In this document: one piece after another, positions 48,504 through 57,882 of the stretch | Layout of the letters: each line of letters begins with the position of its first letter | Numbering within the stretch: position 1 is the stretch's first letter | Virus record (IMG/VR): IMGVR_UViG_3300042885_001472 | Length of the DNA stretch: 64,000 bases | DNA from: a virus | Taxonomy: Duplodnaviria > Caudoviricetes | Strand: one strand, 5' to 3' | The notes under the pieces: generated by a model | Databases searched by the model: none | The model's input: the letters and a program-made list of their open reading frames with translations, nothing else | Told to the model about the DNA's origin: nothing | Program-made: the position numbers and the translations under genes

Positions 48504-49203
48504 TAAAATTTATTTTTTCACACTCTTTTATTATTATTTGGGGATTAGTCCAACTTCTTGTTGATCTTTTTTTGTTCAATATACTTACGTAACCATTCCT
48601 TAATTTTGAACTAAAATTAGTTTCTGATTTTATAGTCAAATTTTTAGTGTGTAATCTTCTAAAAAAGGAAGTATTTTCAATTGTTTTAGTCGTGAAATTA
48701 TTAAATGACATTCTTTCTAAAAACTCAGTATCAGCAGCACATCTCCAGTTTTCATAACCAATTACTTTCTCAAAAATTTTTCTGTTAACACCCAAAACTC
48801 CGTGAGCTAATTTCATACCACCTTTAGGTGTTCCATTAACTAATTCAACATATTTAAATCTAATGGCATCAACATCTATTATTTCATTGTAAAAATTTTG
48901 TAACATACCATCTTTCATTAAGTCATCGGAGTCAAAAAAAAGTATGTATTGGTATTTTGTCTTACCGATTAAATTGTTTTTAACAACGAATGGTCCTGAA
49001 TTATCTTCAAAATAATAGGGTTTAGTTTTTTTAAATAAATCACTATTTTTATTTATGTGATTTAATGTTGATTCACAACCATCTACACCAATTATTATCT
49101 CATAGTTAAAATTAATATTTTGAGATAAAATTGAATTAATACATTCAGAAAGATATTCTGGGACTTGAAATGTTGGTATTATAATTGAAACCCCCTTTTT
49201 CAT
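48490..49203 (-). CDS. glycosyltransferase family 2
   Basis: SIIIPT, EIIIGVDG, FFDSDD, ADTEF. Confidence 0.9.
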   Translation of the reverse strand: MKKGVSIIIPTFQVPEYLSECINSILSQNINFNYEIIIGVDGCESTLNHINKNSDLFKKTKPYYFEDNSGPFVVKNNLIGKTKYQYILFFDSDDLMKDGMLQNFYNEIIDVDAIRFKYVELVNGTPKGGMKLAHGVLGVNRKIFEKVIGYENWRCAADTEFLERMSFNNFTTKTIENTSFFRRLHTKNLTIKSETNFSSKLRNGYVSILNKKRSTRSWTNPQIIIKECEKINFNDKI

Positions 49204-49206
49204 TCG

Positions 49207-49707
49207 TTATTTACCCATTAATTCCTGATCCAACAAATAAAGACCAACACTATTATTTTTTAATAACTTAGCTTTTTGAATTAGTAATGTAAATTTACCT
49301 TCTTCTTCAAGTTGTTCTTTAACAAACCATTGTATGAAATCATATGTATTATGGTCTTTAATTTCTAATGAATGATTGGCGATTGAAACTATATTTTCAG
49401 TAACATCTTTTTCCATATCTAAAGAATCTAAAAATACTGTTAGTAAATCAAATTCTTCTGTAAATGTATCTGTTGTACAGATTTCACCTAAATCATATTT
49501 AAAATTATGTTCAACACCCATATCAACCATATAATCTAAAATTTTCATCATATGTGTTCGTTCTTCATCTGATTGGTCTCTAAAAAATTTATGTAATCCT
49601 TCAAAACCATTTAATTTACAGTGTAGTGCGGTTCTTAAGTAGTAAAGTTGTGATGTTAATTCAAGTTGTATTTGTTTATCTAATGATTTTTTGATTGTTG
49701 AGTCCAT
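49207..49707 (-). CDS. non-heme ferritin
   Basis: QLEL..Y, EERTH, EQLEEE ferroxidase pattern. Confidence 0.9.
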   Translation of the reverse strand: MDSTIKKSLDKQIQLELTSQLYYLRTALHCKLNGFEGLHKFFRDQSDEERTHMMKILDYMVDMGVEHNFKYDLGEICTTDTFTEEFDLLTVFLDSLDMEKDVTENIVSIANHSLEIKDHNTYDFIQWFVKEQLEEEGKFTLLIQKAKLLKNNSVGLYLLDQELMGK

Positions 49708-49780
49708 TGTCTTTATTTTTCTAAATTTTATTATTATATTACAACTATAATCATAAAATAAATTAATATCAATAGAAACT

Positions 49781-50002
49781 ATGTTTTTTAATCGTTTAAA
49801 TCAGAAAATTATACTTTGTAACGAGAAATTTGAAATTATTAAGGATAATGTCAAACTTAAACACATACCCAGGGAAGGTGAGTATGTATTTTTTGGTGAT
49901 GAAAGGGTATATTGGCTAGTTTATAAGATTATTTACAATATTTCATCCACTAATATTATTTGGGTTGTTGTAATTCCTACTGAACAAAATCAAAATGGTT
50001 AA
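49781..50002 (+). CDS. hypothetical protein
   Basis: 73-aa ORF. Confidence 0.6.
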   Translation: MFFNRLNQKIILCNEKFEIIKDNVKLKHIPREGEYVFFGDERVYWLVYKIIYNISSTNIIWVVVIPTEQNQNG

Positions 50003-50013
50003 TATTTATTATT

Positions 50014-51075
50014 ATGAAATTTATAAATATTTTAAAAGAAGATGATAATACCAATCAATGGACTAAAGAACAAATTGGTATTGTTAAATTAATAATCAAA
50101 AAGGGTTATAGTGATACTGAATATACTAACATAATTAACTACTTAGTTAGTATTGGTTTTGATAAAGAAGAGGCTATTGATGGATATTATTTATTTAAAA
50201 ATAATGTTGATGATGAAGGTAATTTTGATGTTACAACAGAACCTGATACGGATAAACATTGGGAAGATTTTTCCAATGAAGTATTAGCTTTAGCTATTCA
50301 TTTAGAAATTGATCCTAGTGAAATTGAAGAGGAACACTATAATCACTATGGTTTAACATATTATAATACATCTGAAGGTGAGTATGCGGTAGGTACTGAG
50401 TCTGAAGCTGAAGATGCTGCGGAACAAGCTGCTGAGAATTTAGTTGATGAGGGTATAGTTAACTCAGATTTTATTAAAGATTATATTACAATGACAGATA
50501 CTGATAGACATCTTTATGCTCAGGAGGACGCTGATAATCGAGTTGACGATATGAGTGATGATGATATTATTGAAGAAAAAGATCTTGAAGATGAAATATC
50601 TATGATTGATGCGGAGGAAAGTGATAATAATGATAGAATAAGTGAATTGGAATCTGAAGTGGAAGAACTTGAAGATGAGTTAAGAGAATTAGAAGAAGAT
50701 GAGGAGCTTGAAAGACAAGAAGAAATCAAGGATGAATTATTAACTCTTAATTCTCAAATACGGGAATTAGAAGGTATTGATTATGACGGTAAAAAGGAAG
50801 ATATTATAAGTGTTGCGAGAGAAGAAATAAGAGAAGAATATTATGATAGTATGTATAGTGAATTAGAAGACCCAGTTGAATACTTTGTAGATACCCATGG
50901 TTTTTATACACTTGAAGAGTTAATTAAAAATGGACCTATTTACATTGACAATCAAAAATTGATTAAAGATATCGTTAGTGAAGATGGTAGAGGATCACTT
51001 TTATCTGGTTATGATGGCGAAGAGAATGAACAAGATTATGACAATGAAACGTATTATATTTATAGAGTAAACTAA
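50014..51075 (+). CDS. highly acidic protein with tag-like N-terminus
   Basis: MKFINILKE; D/E-rich coiled coil. Confidence 0.75.
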   Translation: MKFINILKEDDNTNQWTKEQIGIVKLIIKKGYSDTEYTNIINYLVSIGFDKEEAIDGYYLFKNNVDDEGNFDVTTEPDTDKHWEDFSNEVLALAIHLEIDPSEIEEEHYNHYGLTYYNTSEGEYAVGTESEAEDAAEQAAENLVDEGIVNSDFIKDYITMTDTDRHLYAQEDADNRVDDMSDDDIIEEKDLEDEISMIDAEESDNNDRISELESEVEELEDELRELEEDEELERQEEIKDELLTLNSQIRELEGIDYDGKKEDIISVAREEIREEYYDSMYSELEDPVEYFVDTHGFYTLEELIKNGPIYIDNQKLIKDIVSEDGRGSLLSGYDGEENEQDYDNETYYIYRVN

Positions 51076-51659
51076 TGAAAGATTTAAAATATATTATAAG
51101 GGAACAATTAGAGGGTAAGATTTGTGAGGTAGTCACTAAATATTTAAAATCAGTATGTCATTATGAAAATATAAACGGACAACCCACATTTTTTTTAGAG
51201 AATTCTGATGAAGATGGCTATTTTAATATGAGATATCCAATTAATACGAAAGATGATTATTGGGATTTTTTTTATGATGTAGAAGATTTTATTATTGAAA
51301 AATTTGATTTTGATAGTGAAGAAGTAACGGATTGTATTGAAATTTTTATTGATAATAAAATTGGTGATGAGATGATGGGAAAGATTATGTTGGACGAAGC
51401 TGAAGGTGAAACCGGTGGTGATACTGGTGATACTGGTGATACTGGTGGTAGTGGTGGAGGTGGTTCTACAACTGATACTGGTGATTCTGGTTCTAATGGT
51501 GATGAGAAGACATCGGCCAAAGGTAAAGAATGGGAATCTGGTTTAACTAGAGGTCCAAGTAACCCTATTACTTATGACACGGTATGGGCTGGTCAAAGAG
51601 GTTGGGAAGGTATTAAATCATATTCAAAACAAAGAGGTAAAGCTAATCCAATATGGTAA
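51075..51659 (+). CDS. hypothetical protein with tag-like N-terminus and G/D/T linker
   Basis: MKDLKYIIREQL. Confidence 0.7.
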   Translation: MKDLKYIIREQLEGKICEVVTKYLKSVCHYENINGQPTFFLENSDEDGYFNMRYPINTKDDYWDFFYDVEDFIIEKFDFDSEEVTDCIEIFIDNKIGDEMMGKIMLDEAEGETGGDTGDTGDTGGSGGGGSTTDTGDSGSNGDEKTSAKGKEWESGLTRGPSNPITYDTVWAGQRGWEGIKSYSKQRGKANPIW

Positions 51660-52237
51660 TGAGAAATTTAATTAAAAGAATACTAAAAGAGGGTACAGAA
51701 CCCCAATTAGATAAAATAATAACTATACTACTTAAAAAATACCCTAATCCAATGGAAGACCTTATGGGTGGTATTAAATACTTAAAAGAAATAGGGTTTG
51801 ATAATGAAGAGGTTAGTAAAGTATTTAGATATTACCTTAAAGGTATGTTCGCCAACCACCCAACATTGAATATCTACTACCAAGTATTTGATTCTATATT
51901 TAGAATAGATGATCTTAAATCTGAATTTGAAGTTGTATATGATGATGATGAATATGGTGATGAGATTGAAACGGAAGATCAAAACCATATGATATTTAAT
52001 CTTTGGGATGTTAATGATGAATATGGTGATCCTACCCAAGTAATGAATTGGTATGATGTTGGTTATTGGGACGATTATGGTCAGGGTCGTATTATGAATA
52101 CAACCAAAGCTCCCTACTTAGATATTGATAACGATTATTTAGATATATTAAAGACTTTATTTGGTGTTAAATGGAAAGGACCTTTTAAGAAATGGTTTGA
52201 AGATAGATTTGATTTAAAAGTTAAAACAATAGGATAA
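51653..52237 (+). CDS. hypothetical protein with tag-like N-terminus
   Basis: MRNLIKRILKE. Confidence 0.7.
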   Translation: MVMRNLIKRILKEGTEPQLDKIITILLKKYPNPMEDLMGGIKYLKEIGFDNEEVSKVFRYYLKGMFANHPTLNIYYQVFDSIFRIDDLKSEFEVVYDDDEYGDEIETEDQNHMIFNLWDVNDEYGDPTQVMNWYDVGYWDDYGQGRIMNTTKAPYLDIDNDYLDILKTLFGVKWKGPFKKWFEDRFDLKVKTIG

Positions 52238-52546
52238 ATGAAACAATTAATTAAAAGAATATTAAGAGAACAAATAGTTAAAAATGAGGATGGTATTTGT
52301 GATATTTTAACTTGTAATAAACTTACAGAAGTTTTATCTAAAATAGATCATAGTAAATTAACACCAAAACAGAGTGTAAATTTAAAGGGTATTATTGGGA
52401 GATATAATAGAGATGTTAAAAACAACTTAAAAGATGTTCCTACTAGTGGTGGTTTAAAGGGTATGACTGGGGATTCAGAGAAAGACTTCTGTGATATGGC
52501 TTTATCAGAAATACAGACATTAATATGTAAACCAACTCAAGAGTAA
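52238..52546 (+). CDS. hypothetical protein with tag-like N-terminus
   Basis: MKQLIKRILREQ. Confidence 0.7.
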   Translation: MKQLIKRILREQIVKNEDGICDILTCNKLTEVLSKIDHSKLTPKQSVNLKGIIGRYNRDVKNNLKDVPTSGGLKGMTGDSEKDFCDMALSEIQTLICKPTQE

Positions 52547-52876
52547 CTACTCAGCGTCTGGTAAATCATTTAATGTGTAATTTTCATAAATAAATTTCTT
52601 TATGATAGAATCATCTTCGTGATCATCTTTCCAGGTATCAAAATTGAAACCATTATAAGAAGGGCTAAAGTCATCGTCATAAAGTTCTGATCCCCAAGTT
52701 TCAGAAATGTACCCTCTATTACTGTCAAGTGATTCAACCCATTCAACGTAACTACCACTTTCAATTATTCTGATAGTACTCTTACTATCCGCTTTAAGTC
52801 TGAATTCAACTCTTATATAACCAGAGTTATCTGATTCATAAGACTCTATTGAACTAATTTTATATTCTCTAGCCAT
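52547..52876 (-). CDS. hypothetical protein
   Basis: 109-aa ORF. Confidence 0.7.
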   Translation of the reverse strand: MAREYKISSIESYESDNSGYIRVEFRLKADSKSTIRIIESGSYVEWVESLDSNRGYISETWGSELYDDDFSPSYNGFNFDTWKDDHEDDSIIKKFIYENYTLNDLPDAE

Positions 52877-52894
52877 ATCTAATTTTTACTATAA

Positions 52895-53851
52895 TTATCT
52901 CATATTTTTAAAAATGTGAGAAATAACATCAACCGTCCATCCATTACCAATCATTTTTCTAATTTTATTTTTTGACAATCCAATGTTACTATAATTTACC
53001 GGTAATGTTTGTAATCTTTCCAATTCATTAATAGTGTAACTTCTAAAATTTAATTCAGAATCCACTACATAATCCAGTGTAGATTCTCCGGTTAAAAGAC
53101 AATTAGATTTTTTAGTTTTTAATGGTAAATACTCTTTATGTTCTTTAGTCCTTGGTGTACTATCAATACCATGTAATTGTCTTATTCTTTTCCTTTCTGA
53201 TCTACCAAGTTCCGTTCTGGTCTCATAAATAGTGTAAGGTATTTCAACTCTATTATTTAATCTAATAGTCTTACCATTTTTGGCGGTCAACTGATATTCA
53301 CCATCACTATCAAACTCAATTTTAACACCCCCAACATTTTTATCTAAAATATCTTTTAATTCAATCCCCATATCCATTGGTTGTTCAATACCTGGTATGT
53401 TAGTCCAATACAATCTCCGTCTATGTTGACTAGACACCAAATGAGAATTGATCAAGATGGGTTCAACACCAAGGTATTCTGTAATAACATTCTCAGATGT
53501 TTTTTTCATCCTAACATTTTCAAGTAAAAAGTATTTAGGGTTTAATTCATTTTTTAATCTAACAAATTCAAAAAATAATTTACTCCTTGGATCTTCAAAG
53601 TTCAATTGTTTACCAGCGAAACTGAAGCCTTGACATGGACTACCACCTATTAATAAATCTATCTTTGGTAAAGTATCACTAACTAATTTAGTGACATCAC
53701 CAACCTGGATTGTATTGGGATAATTGTGTTGTGTAACCTTAATGGCGTCTTTATCAACCTCTGAAGCGTAATAATTCTCATATTCGATACCTACCCTATT
53801 GAGAGCGATTTGACCACAGGACATTCCATCAAACAGACTTAAAACATTCAT
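52895..53851 (-). CDS. DNA (cytosine-5) methyltransferase 2
   Basis: SLFDG, GGSPCQ, ENV, RRRLYW, GNGW. Confidence 0.95.
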   Translation of the reverse strand: MNVLSLFDGMSCGQIALNRVGIEYENYYASEVDKDAIKVTQHNYPNTIQVGDVTKLVSDTLPKIDLLIGGSPCQGFSFAGKQLNFEDPRSKLFFEFVRLKNELNPKYFLLENVRMKKTSENVITEYLGVEPILINSHLVSSQHRRRLYWTNIPGIEQPMDMGIELKDILDKNVGGVKIEFDSDGEYQLTAKNGKTIRLNNRVEIPYTIYETRTELGRSERKRIRQLHGIDSTPRTKEHKEYLPLKTKKSNCLLTGESTLDYVVDSELNFRSYTINELERLQTLPVNYSNIGLSKNKIRKMIGNGWTVDVISHIFKNMR

Positions 53852-54398
53852 TTTCTATTTTTTTATAAAGTTCATCAATAGTACCATCATTCGTAAATAA
53901 CACATCCGGAGTTATTTTTTCCATTTCCGTTTCCGAGGGGTGTAAATCTAAAGATGTTAAAGATGGTCTAACCACTTTCCATACGACACCACCCAACGTT
54001 TTAATGATATCAACCTCATGTTGAAATCTAACATCCGGTATTACAACAGATAAATTAGGATTTTTCTTAATTTCCTCATTGTACCAAATCTTAAATCTAT
54101 GAACCCATATGTGTCTACCAATGTGGGATAAATTAACCGTGTGTTTATGGATATCATATTGTAACATTTCTGTTCCCATTATTTGTAAAACTTCTCTGGC
54201 TGAGATTCCCCAATTAGGATCAATGGTTTCTTTATCATCACCCCATAATTGTTCATCTGTAAAACAAAAGATTTCCTTGGCCGCTTTCTTTAAGGGATCA
54301 GCGAATGAGTAACGAATAAATCCGTGTGAATTAATTAATAAATTGGCTGACGTATCTTTCCCTGATCGTTTTAACCCTAAAATACCTACTATTGACAT
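53829..54398 (-). CDS. deoxynucleoside monophosphate kinase (T4 gp1-like)
   Basis: P-loop GLKRSGKDT, FADPLK, R..LQ..GTE, DVRF.HE. Confidence 0.85.
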   Translation of the reverse strand: MSIVGILGLKRSGKDTSANLLINSHGFIRYSFADPLKKAAKEIFCFTDEQLWGDDKETIDPNWGISAREVLQIMGTEMLQYDIHKHTVNLSHIGRHIWVHRFKIWYNEEIKKNPNLSVVIPDVRFQHEVDIIKTLGGVVWKVVRPSLTSLDLHPSETEMEKITPDVLFTNDGTIDELYKKIENECFKSV

Positions 54399-54450
54399 AA
54401 CATTAATTTTTTATCAAAGATACTAAATTAATATGATATAATCAAATAAT

Positions 54451-55764
54451 TTATTTTTTTAGGTTAGATTCTTTTAAAATAGTATGTAATATTTTTTTAA
54501 AACTTTCAACTTGTCTATCTAAAGGTAAAGAATTTAACCATGTACCTAAATCAGTAGCCTTAATGGTTCTTTTCATAGTTTCATCACCCCATTTAGATGG
54601 TTGAGTACCTTTGGGATATTGAACTATAATCTCAAGTTCATTTTTTTCTGGTGATATTTTGTTAATAACTATTTCAATACCAGACTCAGAAGTTTTTCTA
54701 AAAGCGTCACCCTCTTTTTTAAAACCTAAACGATTAATGATTTCCCAAATCTCTTTAGTGTTTTCAAGTTTAATTTCCCCATCTTCAATTCCATCAATTA
54801 AATCATCAATATGTTTTTCAATTTGTCTGTAAGTATCAGCCATCTCTTCTTTATCCGGATAACTTTCATACCAAGCACCTTCAAGACTTATATGGTCACC
54901 ATTTATTTCAAGATCTTTTAAATCTGATAGTGTAGTAACCATTGGATTAGTAATAACCATTTTTAATAAATCTTTCCATGGGATAAAAATATCAGCACTA
55001 CCTTTACCTTGAAACTTAACACCTTTTTCATATTCATCAGTCACACCTTTACTCCTAGATCTACCAAGAGCGTAACCATAATCACTTAAGTAATCAGTAA
55101 AAATTCTATCAGCTTGTTTTGGAAAGTTTAATTCTAAAAAATCACTAAACTCACCTTCATCAAGACCATCAGTTTTAATACGAGTTGAAATATTAAGATC
55201 GCCAACCATATCAGCTAGAATTGATATTTTTTCTCTTACATCTTCAGGAAGACCTCTCTCCATATATTTAAGTTCATCATCGTCAACTTCTTCACTATAA
55301 CCATAATGACTATTGGCCATATTGTAAAACCATGTATCTTCTTCAGATAACCCACTAAAATATTTTCTCCAATCTTCAGAATCCATATGTAATTTAATAC
55401 CTTTTGTATCAAACTCAACAAAATTGTTTCTATTATCATAAAAAAATTCACCAGATATTTCTCGTGAATTTAAAATGTCATCCATTTCTCTTTCACTCTC
55501 ATAATCTTTTTTAATGATTTTTCTAATTAGATTGGCCAATTTACCAATACCTCTATCAACTTTTTCAGTTAACTCATATTGACCATCTTCCCTATAATTA
55601 TTTAAAAATAATCTATAACTTTTAACTAATTCATCCTCCACATCATCAAAACCATAATCTATTAATTTACCATTAAAAGTATTATAACTGGGAACTGTTT
55701 TGAACAGTCTATTAAATAACTTAAGTAATTTAATCTCTTTTTCTGTGAATTTTTTTGAAGCCAT
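54451..55764 (-). CDS. hypothetical acidic protein
   Basis: 437-aa ORF. Confidence 0.75.
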   Translation of the reverse strand: MASKKFTEKEIKLLKLFNRLFKTVPSYNTFNGKLIDYGFDDVEDELVKSYRLFLNNYREDGQYELTEKVDRGIGKLANLIRKIIKKDYESEREMDDILNSREISGEFFYDNRNNFVEFDTKGIKLHMDSEDWRKYFSGLSEEDTWFYNMANSHYGYSEEVDDDELKYMERGLPEDVREKISILADMVGDLNISTRIKTDGLDEGEFSDFLELNFPKQADRIFTDYLSDYGYALGRSRSKGVTDEYEKGVKFQGKGSADIFIPWKDLLKMVITNPMVTTLSDLKDLEINGDHISLEGAWYESYPDKEEMADTYRQIEKHIDDLIDGIEDGEIKLENTKEIWEIINRLGFKKEGDAFRKTSESGIEIVINKISPEKNELEIIVQYPKGTQPSKWGDETMKRTIKATDLGTWLNSLPLDRQVESFKKILHTILKESNLKK

Positions 55765-55817
55765 ACTATAAATATCTTTTTAAACAAAAAAAACAAAAAA
55801 AACGAAAAAATAATCAT

Positions 55818-56384
55818 TTATAGTACCTGATCAATGGGTTGAGTTCTCTTTTCAATTTGTTCTAAATTAAGTGATAATGGTGTATTACGATCAAAAACCT
55901 TAACAATAACGTCAACACTATTTTTTGAATGGTCAATTTTATCAATAAACCCATTAAATCCTTTAAAAGGTCCATCAGTAACAACAATACTCTCACCCAC
56001 GATTAGTAAGTTAACTGTTTCTTGACTCCCTTCAATATTACCAATAATACTATTTAATTCACTTTTTCTTAGGGGTAGTAATTTCTTATCCCCAGACTTA
56101 AGAAACCCAGATACGTATTTAACCATTTCAATTTCTTTAACCACATCCGGATTGGGTGAATCAGTTTTAAATTCAACCAACATATAACCTGGTAAAAGAT
56201 TTTTGGTCATTACGATTTTCTTACTATCCTTTATTTTAACCACTTTTTCTTGTGGGACTAAAACTTGACTAACGTATTTGTCAAAACCTTCAACCATTGT
56301 GATATGTTCTTTTATTTTATTCTCTTTAGCGTTGGCCACTCTTAGAGTGTACCAATTAGTTTTTTCATTTGAAATTGTACTCAT
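55818..56384 (-). CDS. nusG: transcription elongation/antitermination factor NusG
   Basis: WY.LRV, LLPGYMLVE, KOW domain V.DGPFKGFNG, VKVFDRNTP. Confidence 0.9.
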   Translation of the reverse strand: MSTISNEKTNWYTLRVANAKENKIKEHITMVEGFDKYVSQVLVPQEKVVKIKDSKKIVMTKNLLPGYMLVEFKTDSPNPDVVKEIEMVKYVSGFLKSGDKKLLPLRKSELNSIIGNIEGSQETVNLLIVGESIVVTDGPFKGFNGFIDKIDHSKNSVDVIVKVFDRNTPLSLNLEQIEKRTQPIDQVL

Positions 56385-56396
56385 ATCGTTTTTTTA

Positions 56397-56618
56397 TTAT
56401 TTAAGGTATTGATTAAAAAGGTTTAATATCTGGTAGTATAAATAATCGGCTAAAACACCTTTATCTTCTAAAATTCTTTTTCTTTCCGGTTCATTTAAGT
56501 AAGTCCTTAAACTATGTAAATCATTATTCTTGTAGTGATCAGTTAGGACATCTAATTCCTTCTCTGAAAGTAAATCGCTTAAATTCATTTTTTTAACATT
56601 ATTATTTTCTGTAGTCAT
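56397..56618 (-). CDS. hypothetical protein
   Basis: 73-aa ORF. Confidence 0.6.
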   Translation of the reverse strand: MTTENNNVKKMNLSDLLSEKELDVLTDHYKNNDLHSLRTYLNEPERKRILEDKGVLADYLYYQILNLFNQYLK

Positions 56619-56674
56619 ATTAGGTTTTGTTGTTGTATTAAAATTAGGTTTTGTTGTTGTATTAAAATTAGGTT
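56619..56674. repeat. 24-bp tandem duplication
   Basis: ATTAGGTTTTGTTGTTGTATTAAA x2 plus a partial copy. Confidence 0.85.
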
Positions 56675-56843
56675 ATTTTACTTTAACTAATGTTTTGGTC
56701 TGTACAGATTTGACTGACCAACTTTTAAGATCTGGATTTAAAATCTTAACTAAGGATATTTTATCTCCATACTCATACATTCTAACTTTACCTAAATTAG
56801 AATGTTCAACCAGTTCATTTTCTTTGAAGATTTCTTTTTTCAT
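56673..56843 (-). CDS. hypothetical protein
   Basis: ATG 56843 (MKKEIF); the track extension overlaps the tRNA. Confidence 0.55.
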   Translation of the reverse strand: MKKEIFKENELVEHSNLGKVRMYEYGDKISLVKILNPDLKSWSVKSVQTKTLVKVK

Positions 56844-56868
56844 GTTATTTGATTTTTTAAATGATAAG

Positions 56869-56943
56869 TGATCCCGACAGGATTCCAACCTGTAACCCTT
56901 GTCTTAGAAGGACAATGCTCTGATGCGGTTGAGCTACGGGACC
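56869..56943 (-). tRNA. tRNA-Arg(TCT) with non-canonical elbow
   Basis: GGTCCCG/CGGGATC acceptor, GCTC/GAGC D stem, TTGTC-CTTCTAA-GACAA anticodon arm, T loop TTGGAAT. Confidence 0.85.
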
Positions 56944-57360
56944 AATATTTATGTATGTTGAGTACAAATGTAATGATTATTTTTAATAAAACAAATTTAT
57001 TTTTTAAAAAACAAGTAGTAGAAACTTAGAACCCCACCTTTTGGGGGTTACAGAGAACAGATATTTCTACCCCTAAGTTAATTTTATGTCTTGAAAACTA
57101 CTACTTGTTATTAAATCTACTTACAACTACCTCTACCATATTTCTATGAGTCACTGTCCTGATTGTAAGTTGTAGTCTTTAGAACTACTAGATTTAATGT
57201 GTTTACCTGTCACTCCAAGTGTGTGAATAATCTGTTATTACCATAATAGGGCCAGTCATTATCTATCCACAAACAACTCCCTCTTGGTGTGGGATATACA
57301 TCTTATATCTATCACTAGACAAATTCCACTGTATTTGTTTGCTTTTAGCGGGTAAATATT

Positions 57361-57503
57361 TGTGAGTACAAGTTATCTCCTCTTACTATGGGATACAAAT
57401 TATAGTGCTTGCGAGACCTTGTATCCTCTTACTCGGTAGTATAGTCAATCAGAGACCCCAGCTAGGATGTTTAGAGTCCAGCGGTGGCTTTACCTTGTAC
57501 TCA
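57361..57503 (-). ncRNA. unknown structured RNA, copy 1
   Basis: Three blocks identical to 58318-58483; closing stem TGAGTACAAG/CTTGTACTCA. Confidence 0.7.
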
Positions 57504-57506
57504 ATG

Positions 57507-57575
57507 TAGTCATAGCAGGACTTGAACCTGCATCATCCTAACCCAAGTTAGGGTTCTACATTGAGCTATATGACT
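57507..57575 (-). tRNA. tRNA-like element with 6-nt anticodon loop (Pro/Gln-like pseudo-tRNA)
   Basis: AGTCATA/TATGACT acceptor, GCAGG-TTCAAGT-CCTGC T arm, CCTAA-CTTGGG-TTAGG. Confidence 0.65.
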
Positions 57576-57605
57576 GTTTGCCTGTCTTTCCAGGCTGTCT
57601 GACTA

Positions 57606-57854
57606 CTATGCTATACCGTCATTCCATTTACCTTTATATAGTACTCCATCTACTCTGTCGTTAGCGCTATCATATGCAAACATGATATCAAAGTCCTTGC
57701 GATACCCAAGTGATATTAACTCTACGTAATCGTAGGCTTTTGCATCTATATATGCAGTACACCAGTGACCACAGGACATGAGGCTATGTGTAAACTTTAT
57801 CTTTTTAATCTTATGTTTTTTTGTGGATGTTTCCAATACTATTGTCTTTGTCAT
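57606..57854 (-). CDS. hypothetical protein
   Basis: ATG 57854 (MTKTIVLE); the GL-repeat extension in the track is a by-product of the repeat. Confidence 0.6.
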   Translation of the reverse strand: MTKTIVLETSTKKHKIKKIKFTHSLMSCGHWCTAYIDAKAYDYVELISLGYRKDFDIMFAYDSANDRVDGVLYKGKWNDGIA

Positions 57855-57882
57855 ATGTCCTTTGTTTTTAGTTGTTAATAAT

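Noticed and set aside
43122-53851. Invertible segment bounded by the two methyltransferase genes
   Set aside because: The DNA copies are heavily diverged at synonymous sites, with no long perfect inverted repeat or invertase.
57441-57465. Group I intron core (TATAGTC, TCAGAGAC) or hammerhead (CTGATTGA) in the duplicated RNA
   Set aside because: The R and S-like elements are in the wrong order, no exon is interrupted, and the hammerhead core spacing and GAAA partner are missing.
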